In this document: positions 22,446 to 32,152 of the stretch, piece by piece
Position numbering within the stretch: position 1 is the first letter of the stretch
How the letters are laid out: each line of letters starts with the position of its first letter
Assembly (NCBI GenBank): GCA_029717555.1
Contig: JAMDHS010000026.1
Span: forward strand, 124,001 to 188,000
DNA length: 64,000 nucleotides
Source of the DNA: Peribolospora baueri
Lineage: Eukaryota
Reading direction: 5' to 3'
Notes under the pieces: model-generated
The model's database searches: none
What the model saw: the letters and a program-made list of their open reading frames with translations, nothing else
What the model was told of the DNA's origin: nothing
Translations under genes and position numbers: made by a program

Positions 22446-23771
22446 TTAAAGGCCCGCCATGCCAGCCATGCCGGTTTGGTCTCTGATGAAAGCAATCTCC
22501 TGTTGGAATGCGAAGATACAGAAGAAAGGCAAGACCGCTTGAGTGGCATTCGCAAAAAAAGAATTATAGAAAAAACGAGGGTCAGGAGGAAAGGGGAACG
22601 GCGGGAAAATACGCACGCTGGGCGACAGCAAATCCTTTTTGGACAAGAAAAAATCTTCCCAAACCGCCCTCGCTTCCTCCCCGCCACCGTCCCCAAACTG
22701 TAACGCCAAAAAGCTCTTGAGACCCTGCCAAAACTGAACGGAGGCTAGCTTGCCCCGCTGTAGCTGACTGACGTTGACCCCCGCCGGGAGGGAAGAGGTG
22801 GCGGCGTGGGACGTTCGTCCTACGCCGGAAAGATCTGCGCGGCGGGGCAAACTGTCCTCGTGCGTTTCGAGGGCAAGGGCCGGTTTGGAGGTATCGGTCG
22901 TTACAACGAGGTCTGGGACGTTCCTGACGGCCTTGGGAGAGGCCTCGGAGGGCTTCGTCGTAGTCGGATCGACAGACATGGGCTCAGCGGTCGTGGCGGA
23001 GGCGGCGCCGGGCTTGATTAAGAGATTGAGTACGGTGCCGTCCTTAAGATCGTACTCCTTGACGAGCTTCGAGTCCGCCAGCGCTTTGCCCTTGGACAAC
23101 AGCCTCTGCGAGTCAGCGGGAGGAGCGGAAGGGTCGGACTTGGCAAGAGCCAGCTTGAGGTCGAGGACGGTGTCGGTGGGGTGGATGGAGAGGGAGAAGG
23201 TGCGAGAAGGCTTGATGCTCTTGACCGTCACGCTGATAGGCGCGGATAGTGTAGCTGAAGTCTGGGAGGCGGCGCCAGATGTGCTCGTGGAGGCGGAGGG
23301 AAGTTCGTGGCGGAAGCGCGGAGGTGGGTGAACGGCAACCTGGAGAGAAAATGGACATGGAAGAATGGTGAGCGTGGTACGGATAGAGGGGGTGGGGGGA
23401 TGAACAGACGGAAAGCACAGTGCAAGCATGTGCGCAACGTCGAATAACGGGACGCCGATGGGCATGACCCGACCCGGCGTGTCCCGTCTAGCTCCCTCCA
23501 AACTCTGCCTTCGTTCTGCCTTCTCCGCTCCCATTTCCACCATCCAGCTTATACGCACACTCCCGTCTTGCTTCTACGTCCTCTCCAGCGCCAATCACGC
23601 GGTACTCACTTGCACTGGCCTGACGCCTTTCAGCGGCAAGTCGTCCACGTTCCACTGCTGGTCGTCGGAGAAGGCGGGCCTGGCTTGGCTGAGGAGATGA
23701 ACGTGGCCTGTGAAGAAGGCGAGTTCTGCGGACGTGGAGGGGTTGGACGAGGGAGTGATGAGCGAGGTCAT
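22446..23771 (-). CDS. GET5: Ubiquitin-like protein Get5/Mdy2
   Basis: Exon 1 (23610-23771, not in the ORF track) encodes MTSLITPSSNPSTSAELAFFTGHVHLLSQARPAFSDDQQW, a Get4-binding-like N-domain. It is followed by a UBL (ISVTVKSIKP...DTVLDLK...QRLLSKGKALADSKLVKEYDL) and the C-terminal dimerisation-like motif FWQGLKSFL. Confidence 0.8.
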
Positions 23772-23893
23772 GATGGGCTACCGTAAGCGAATTTGTCGGT
23801 CACGCAACGACGGGCTGGGCAGAGCAGTGCCGAGAGCGAGACGAGACTCGGTATCCGATAAGCGCCGCAGCCCACCCCTGGAAAAGTGACACC

Positions 23894-23909
23894 CACGTGA
23901 CGTCACGTG
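23894..23909. promoter_or_regulatory. Palindromic composite E-box/CRE element CACGTGACGTCACGTG
   Basis: Perfect 16-bp palindrome with two CACGTG overlapping a central TGACGTCA, about 125 bp upstream of the GET5 ATG. Confidence 0.55.
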
Positions 23910-23989
23910 AAATCCACCTGCCCGTGATCGACACGATCGATCGATGAGGAAGTCCACGCTTCCCTCCCTCCTTCATCTTCTGCTTCTTC

Positions 23990-25760
23990 GCCTATTCTAT
24001 TCGGTTCAGTTCAGTGAAATTAATATGTACATGCCAAGAAATATTGGGATCATAGAAAAGGGTGGCACCATTCCATGTTGGACGAAGATGCCGCGCTGAC
24101 TTTTCTCTTTCCAACTTCTGCACTGCCGCTGACGGAGTTCTTGCTTTATTCCAAAGCTCCCCAACCAGGCGAAGGTCCTGAGTCTTTGCAAGCTCGCTCA
24201 TCCTCTCCGCCAACCACTCCAACTCTTTCGCCTTCTCCGCCGGTGACGGCTGGTAACGACTGTCCCAGTTGACTCTGCTCCTCCTCCTTACCCTGCAGAT
24301 ATGGTAAGAATCACCCTTTAATGAGGGAATTGTTCCTAGACGTCAGGTCCAAACTCAAATGCAGGAACGGTTGTGATCCATGGCCTAGATACGCTTTGAA
24401 TGGAGGCAGGACAAGGTTCAGAGGTGAGTGCAATAATCCCAAGTGCAGAGACAAACTCAACCCCCCAGTGTTTCCTAGAATATGTTTCACAGCTTTACAG
24501 AGACAACACCAGTTCGTGGGACTTGTCCAACCTCCGCTCAGAACCTCGTGCTCATAGGCTCGGACAAAGGAGCTGTGACGTTGCGAGGTTAGAAATAGGA
24601 GCTACGGTGCTGCACCGATTCATGAACGTGTATATAAAGAGAGCCCGACAGGGCGTCCGCATCTTTCCTCCCCAAGCTAAGAATACTTTTGTCACTGCTC
24701 AGGTTTCCTCCAGAGTTCTCCGGCCAGCATCAGCACCTCTGTCCCAGCCTCCGCCCCATCCTCGTTCCTGTCCTCGTCCCTGTCCCCGACTTGCCTGCTC
24801 CTTGCTTTGTGTCGACTTCCGGTGGACCTCCATTCCGTCCTCCGTCTCTGCTCGTGATCCGACCTGAGTAGGGAAGTCCTCCCTGACACCACCTTTGGTT
24901 TCACAAGACCACCTCCTGCTAAGTCCATAGAGAGGATTCTGTTATCTCATCATTTTCAGACACAAGTCCCTCCTTAGGAGGTTTCATTCCACCAATCCAA
25001 CCCTTGAAAACTTGCACTCCACTCCGACCTGGTCTCTCTGGACCGTCACCCAGGATAAAGTCGACACTTCTTCTGAGGTTAGTGCAGCCTTCGACAGGGA
25101 CAGTGTTACCTTGGAAGTAGTCCAGAGAGACCAGGTCGGAGTGGAGTGCAAGTTTTCAAGGGATGGATTGGTGTCCAGGAATGAAACCTCCTCTTGTAAG
25201 GAGGGACTTGTGTCTGAAATTGATGAGATACAGAATCCTCTCTATCAGAAGCAACATAAGTTTCATACAGATTCCTAACCCTCCTTACCCTTCAGATCTG
25301 GTCAAGAATCACCCTCTAATGAGGGAATTGTTCCAAGATATCAGGTTCAAACTCAAATGCAAGAAGGGTTGTGAACCCTGGGCTAATACATCTTGAATGG
25401 AGGCAGGAGAAGGTTCAGAGGTATTTGCAACAATCCCAAGTGCAGAGACGGACTTCAACCCCCCAGCCTTTCTAGAATATGTATCACAGCTTTACAGGGA
25501 TAACACCATTTGGTGGGACTTGTCGACATTTGTTTGGTTCCACAAGACCACCTCCTAAGTCCCTTCCATCTTTTCCTCAACCTATGGACTGGAACCCCTA
25601 TGCTCCCGCTACTATCCTATCGAATACTATCACTGGCAAAAAACCTCAGCTCACAGTTAGGGCTTGGCGCTCCAATGTTGTTGCTCTAACACATAAGACG
25701 CTCCCAGAGCGCTCCTTATATACTCGTGAGGGGTCCAGCCCTCGAATCCGGAAGAGACAT
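23990..25760 (+). pseudogene. Degenerate insert (probable transposon relic) with two decayed copies of a Cys4 domain
   Basis: Visibly lower GC and CpG than the flanks. Internal direct repeat of about 250 bp (~24284-24527 vs ~25281-25524) with frameshifts in both copies. No transposase or RT motif and no terminal repeats recognised; boundaries approximate. Confidence 0.6.
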
Positions 25761-26076
25761 AGAGCGTAAGGGGTCGGGAACTGACGGAGTGAGGAATGCT
25801 CTAGGGTGGGAGGCGGACACAAGCGGAGATGACCGGACCAGTGGACTAGGATCCCACACGTGGCGTCACTTTTTCCAGGGGTGGGCTGCGTTTTGTGTAT
25901 AAGCATCCGATCATCGCGCTGATAGTAGCATAAGTGGTGCAGGCTGCAGCGCCGAGGGTACACCGTGCGCAAAGATACACGTGACCCGCCCATTATGGGA
26001 GGCCGCCCTGGCGCTCGTTATCAGCGACGTTGGACATCGACCGACCGACTTTCTTTCCTCCTCTCTCCACCTCGCC

Positions 26077-27957
26077 ATGTCTGCTCTCCCACCCCATTCA
26101 CATCGCCCGCTGCCCATCCTCTCCAGCGTGGCACAGACGATCGACGCATCGAAATGCTCCTCCTGCGCCAAGAGCCTCGGCTTCTTCGGCTTCGGCGGCT
26201 CGAGGAAGCACTGCACCCATTGCGGTCTCAGCTTCTGCCCGGACTGCACCTCAAAGGAGGGTATCGTGCAAAGGGGAGACGGGTGGGTACCCATGCCCCT
26301 GTGTGTGGAGTGCTGGTCTCTTTCTGTAAGTGAGTAGATCAGAAGTGTCCAGCTCTACCATCTTTCAGCACGCCGGCCGACCGCCTCGCGCTCACGCTGC
26401 GTCTTTCCCATTTGTCGCTTCCGTACGTCGGTCGCTCTCCCGCTCAGTCACTTCTACGCCGCCTTCAGAGCTACGCAATTTACCAATCAAGACACTACGC
26501 CATTACATGTTGTCGTACAACATTGCCGCGCCTCCCGGAGCACTCGAGAAGAGCGACTTCATCAACGCCATCGTCGGAGCGCGGGCTCCTTCTTCCTTCA
26601 CCTTGCCTTTCGCTCATGAGGTTTACTACCGAAGGATGAGGAGTCTAGATGGTAAAACTGCGGCCGAGGCAGCTTCCTCTGCTAGTCCACCGACAGCGGG
26701 AGAGGCCGGAGGGAGGTCAAGTCGACCGAGCATGTTCGGCTACTCGTACCACCAAGAGGCGGAGCGGCGAGCGAGGAGAGCGGGATCGCGGCCATCTCCA
26801 TCTTCGGGGCCGCCTCCGGCACCCTCATACCGGCCTCCACTCAGCCGGCCTCCTCCATCCACACAGCCACCACGGGCGGCGCCTCCTTCGTCCGCTCGCC
26901 GCCCGCCGCCGCCGTCTCAGCGCCATTGGACCGCGCAACCTCCGCACCCGACCTCTAGGTTCTCGGAAAATGGAGAGACAACCACCACGTCGTCGAGGAA
27001 CACGAGTGACCAGACACCAACTTCGTCGTCGGGGAGCAATAGGTCCACGTCCAGTTTGCGGCCAGGTCCCTCCGCGCCAGCGTCGTCCGAAGCTCGCTCC
27101 GTGCCCATAGGCTCAGAAAGCTCAGCTTCCCCAAATTCCAACGCGAATTTTATGACCATTGCCTCCTTGCTCTCCCCCGCCGCACCACCTGTGTCCACGC
27201 TGCCGATCTCGAACTTGAAACGGATCCTCTTGCTCGAGAATGTCTCGGTGGACTATTCTTCGGGAGCGGTGTTGGAGAAAGGCGACCTGGTGAGGAAGGT
27301 GGAAGCTTTGGTGGAGGATGAGAGAAGGAGGGTGAGAGAAAAAAAGGAGAGGGACGAGAGGGAGGAGAAGGAGAAGAGAGAGAGGGAAGAGAGGCTCGAG
27401 AGAGAGAGGGAGGACAGGGCTAGGGCGTTTAGGGAGAAGGCGGATCAGGTAGGGATGTCAGGCGGGGACGGGGGCGGGGTGGAAGGAAGTAAAGAGGAAG
27501 CGAAGGTGAAGACGGGAGGGGAAGGTGGAGGTGTCCAGGCAAACAGTAGTCTCTGCGTCTTGTGTTACGACGGTGAGTCTTACTTGATCCAACTGCCCTC
27601 TACCGCCGTTGTCCCGAATTCTCACTCGCCGCACTCTCCGCTCCCTAATTGCGGCCTCGGACAACGCGCGATGCACCCATCAGACGAAGTTAATCACGCC
27701 CTCCTTCCATGTGGACACCTCGTGCTGTGCAAGGACTGCTCCGAAGGTGAGTGAACTTCCTTCATGGACGCGGCTACGCCGGCTGGCCCGTGCATTGTTA
27801 CACACTCCAGGTGCTTACTCTGTTATCACGGCTCGCCCGTCATGCTCTCCTTTACGCGACCGCGTCTCCCACGTTCGAAGCGATAATGACGACGACGCGC
27901 GAGTGTCCCATTTGCAGAGAGCGCATCAAGTCTACCTTGAGGGTCTTCAAGGCTTGA
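26077..27957 (+). CDS. FYVE-like plus RING E3 ubiquitin ligase, RNF34/RFFL (CARP)-like
   Basis: N-terminal CSSC...KHCTHCGLSFCPDC...LCVEC. Two SAP-like segments (LPIKTLRHYMLSYNI...LEKSDF; LPISNLKRILLLENV...LEKGDLV). C-terminal C3HC4 RING CVLCYD|DEVNHALLPCGHLVLCKDCSE|AIMTTTRECPICRERI. Confidence 0.82.
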
Positions 27958-29993
27958 TTGACGACATATCTTCCCAATTTCGTTGTATTATCGTACATTT
28001 TTCCCCACTCAGTCACAAACAGCAACGGCTTGTACCATTGTCTCTGCAAACTGACGTCGCCAGCCAAGCGTTTGTCTGTCTTTCTCGAGCGCGGTCAGAG
28101 GGGAAGGTGGCAGTCGAAGGTGCTATTGACCCAGCGAAGGGAAGGACTTCCCGATTGTCGCATTTCGCACCCACCACGATGACACCTTTCATACATATAC
28201 ACACCCACTACACCAAACAATCTTCGTCCATATTCTCCCTGGGCGCTCATTTACACCTTTGTTCTACCACAAAGTAGGCAGCACCCCTGTCTTTCCCCCA
28301 TCCTTCCTCCCTCACCACGTCATCCTCTTCATTCCCTCGATTCAATTCGCCGCCCAGCTCGCATCCAACTTCCGGCATCCATGCCCCCGTCCGTCCACGT
28401 CCACCTTATTCATCCGAACCCGTTCTCTTCGAGTGTAGTAGTTGGCACTTCGCTCGAGCGCTCGCTCGCTGGTGCCACCCATAACATAACTTAACTGGAC
28501 GTTGCAGCGCGACTTGGCGGTCTGCACAAGACCGGCGCCGCGTCGTCATTGGCAGAAAGGAAACGTGGACGAGACGGGCGTTCGAGCGATGAAGCCCTGT
28601 GCGACGTTTTTCCATGCTTTTTGATCAGCCCTTCTACACCACGTGTGCTTAGCGGAGGGAGGGTAACTCGGTACTGACGGCGGTGAAGCTAGGTTAGCGC
28701 TCGCTCTTCCCAGGGAAGGCGAGACGAGGTAGGAGTTGGAGTGGAAGCGGCGCTCAGCAGTCGGCTGGCTCCTCCTCGGAGGTCATAAGAACCAAGGGAG
28801 AGGCCGGCCCGATGAGGCGCTGGTTTGTAGACAAGAAGAGCTGTGGGGTGGGCCCATCGACGACGAACGTGGGTGGATGTGCTCGTGACGAGAAAGGGAT
28901 GAGCGAGGTAGAGTCGTCGCTGACGGGAAGGGAACGTTCCAGAGCGAGCGACGTCGACCAGAATGAAGTTTCTTCTTCCGGCATAAACAAACACAGCTAG
29001 GCCAGCGAAATGGAAATGCTCGTTCGAACCGATTGGATTCCATTGGCGTTCCATCCCATTCTCCACCATATACTCGGTCTTGTCGACGACACTCCTTCCA
29101 CCCACTCCGCCTACCAATCCCTCACCCCGACCCATTCCTTCACAGAGAATAAACGAAGAACCGAAGACCGTCGGAAGACGAGGCGAGGCCGGGCCGGGCC
29201 GTCCTCGGGAGTCCTCAGGGTGACCGAATCGGCCGTGCGCGCATATGCTATGATACAACGAGACAGATGACGGATGAAGACGGCGAAAGCGGGGTTGGAT
29301 GAACAAGACGACGGACGGATGTATGTGGGTTAAGAGTGGAGCGGAGCGGAGATAAGGGGGAAGAATGACGAGGGGACCCGAGGGAGCTCCAAACGAAGCG
29401 ACGTCGCCATGATAGTAAGAGCGGGGCAAAACACGAGAGCGTGTCTGTCGCAACGACTGGCGGTGGTAATTGGAGGGAGCGATCGGAAAGGAGCGTGGGG
29501 GACAAGGAAGCCGCGCACGGGGACGAGCAGCTTGCCGGAAGAGCGGGTGATGCCGATGCGGACGTAGCTGAATGGGGAAGGAAAGGAAGGAGGGAAGACG
29601 ACGAAAGGGTGCGGGGCCGGTAGTCGAAGGGAGGTCGAGGGTCGACTGTGAGATGCGGACATTGATAAATGATGATTGGTTTGAGACGTGGACGAGACCG
29701 GTAAGGAAGACGGGTAAAGAGGACACGCGCGTCTGCGAACGGAAAGGCCGCGGGCGGCAAAGGCAAGGCGGATCGACGGCGGCGAGAGCGAAATGACGAC
29801 TGCGAGGCCTCAGACGATGATCTCTACTGAGACACCCCGACAACGTCCGATGCGGTGCTCCGCACCGTCTCTCCGCTCCCGCGCTCCACGAGCCACACTC
29901 TCCTTCCCCTCCCTCCCACCATCACTCGACCCGGCGAACGCGACCGAAGCCTCCGCAGCCGGATGACAGGCGCGCGAAACCCATCGTGAACTC

Positions 29994-30845
29994 TCAGAGG
30001 TCCATCTCGAACTGTTCGTCGGCATCGGCGGTCAACCGCCGATCATCTCCGCGGGGGGCGCCATTCGGACTGACGGGACCGGGGGCGGCGATACCGTTCT
30101 TGGTGGCGGCTGCACCCTTCTTGGCAGCGGCGTTGCCCTTCTCGATGACGTCGCCGAAGGGAGTGAGCAAGTCAACTCCGTTCTTCTTCGAGCCCATCTG
30201 ACCCTGAGCTGACGCCGCGGCGCTGGACTTGGAGATCTCGGGGAAGTTGGCGAGGCCCTTGGGAGGGGACTTGCTCATTGGGGACGAGGAGAGCGCCAGA
30301 AGCTGGGACCGAGAGTAGACAATCTTGGTACTGTGGGAGACGGAGAAGCAATGAATAAGGACGTGGTGCGCTTATCGTCAATGGAACGTGGACTTGACTC
30401 ACCCTCCAGGAGTGCTGTTCGGCGACGTCCACGAGCGAGCGATGGCAAAGCGAGAGAAGGCGTGCATGAGCGTGGGGAGGAATGCACAGCGCGGACGTGT
30501 CGATGCCTTCTAGACTGTCCGTCCAGAGATCTTTTTTCCTTCTTTCTTTTCTTCCTTCTGTCTTTTCTCTGTCTCGTATGACGATTCGTCCTCCTGGGCG
30601 CCCTCCTTGGCTGCACATGAAGTGCGTCGTTACGGTGACACTCGGGGCCAGGCATCCTCCATGCTCGCTCGTCGTCTGCGTCATCGTAACTTCCCCGGAG
30701 CCCCCTCTGTCTCTCTTTACACGCACCTGCCGTAAAAGTTGCCACCCGGGGTCTGGCTGAGGGTGGAGAGACCCCCGGCCGGACGATCGTCCGGACCAGC
30801 CTGGCGGATCGGGATGGCGGCGGCGGCGGGGGTGCTGTGGGACAT
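29994..30845 (-). CDS. eIF4E-binding protein (4E-BP family), 155 aa, 3 exons (30727-30845, 30403-30414, 29994-30330)
   Basis: Spliced product MSHSTPAAAAIPIR...SQTPGGNFYGSTPGGTKIVYSRSQLLALSSSPMSKSPPKGL...DEQFEMDL*. It has two TPGG sites, the YxxxxLL eIF4E-binding motif, an SP/SP pair and a C-terminal TOS-type FEMDL. Confidence 0.93.
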
Positions 30846-32152
30846 GTCCGGTGGGGCGCTGGAAGGGACGAGAAAAGAAGAAGAAGGGCGAACGACGACG
30901 AGCGAACGTGTCGGTCAAGGGAGACGAGAACGAACCTCTTGGTGCGCTGCGAGACACCGATAAGGTTGAGGAGAAAGAGGACAGCGCAAGACTTGACGAG
31001 GTCGCCGGGCGGCGGCGTCGCTATGCGTACGAGGCCGCGTGTGAGTAAGATAGTGTACTCGAGTACATGCGCTATGCGTCGTCACGCGATCAGCCGGCCG
31101 ATCACGTGCAATTGGAGTCCGACAGCGCAGGCGACTGCGGCTGCGGTCTCCTGGCGACTGAGGTCTCCCGCACGTGACTTTGGAATGCCCCTATCAGTGC
31201 CAAGCCAGACGTAAAGATACGCTGGCGCTAGTGTAAATACCACGGCGCTCGAATTCGCTCAGGCGGGCTTGGCACGCTTGTCTCCAACGTCCCTCCGTCG
31301 ACGACATCGAAGAGCTAAGGTGGACGACGCCCTGCTCATCGACGGCGACGGCGCCAAGGACGCATGGGCGCGCTGACACGGCCGCCCCGCAGCGGACGCT
31401 TCTTCTTCAGCCTCGGTTGCGCGCGCAGTTGCTTGCAGATGGGATCTCGCTGGGGACATCCTGGTGGGTGGGTTGCATATACAAATGGATGGATGGATGG
31501 ATGGATGGATGGATGGATAGATGGGGCTCCAGCGGTGACACGAGTCGGTGTCGATGCCGCCCAACACGTTTCTTGCCTCCCCCGCTTGCCAAGCCGCGCC
31601 AAGACTGCTCTCGCATGCGCTACCGCCATCCCGACGGCGCTCGCGGCCTCGTCTCCTTCGCCTTCTCCCTCCCCACAGTCGATACGATTAGGTTGCGCTT
31701 CATTTACAAAATCATCGCTCCTCCGGGCATTCCACCTCCCCCCGCGCCAAGCATCCGCGCGCCTCCAGACGTCCGATGCTGCTGTAGCGCTGCTAGAGCT
31801 TCTAACCTCGACTGTTTCCACAAACCGCTTCCTTTCCGACTCTACTCCGCGTCTACGCGGCGGTCCATCGTGGGGGACCATATGCACGCCGACAAGGACG
31901 ACATCCGCCAGGATATACAAATACCTACGCTCATTCTCATTACAGCCTCTTTCCCTCGACCGTCCTCTCTCTCCTCTTCGTCCTTCCCGTCTCGCGACCT
32001 TATCGCCCGGCGGAGCCTTCGAGTAACAGGCAAGAGCTCACGCTCGCTTCTCACTTTGCAGCTTCCACTTTGCCTCTCGTCGCCTCATCGCAGCTCGCAG
32101 CACCGACTCGAGCGGCATTCTATCTTCTTCGTTTAAAGACCACGCCCGTCCC

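Noticed and set aside
28689..29843. 384-aa minus-strand ORF
   Set aside because: Non-ATG start, no recognisable domain and UTR-like composition. It lies directly downstream of the 4E-BP stop, so it is probably a long 3'UTR.
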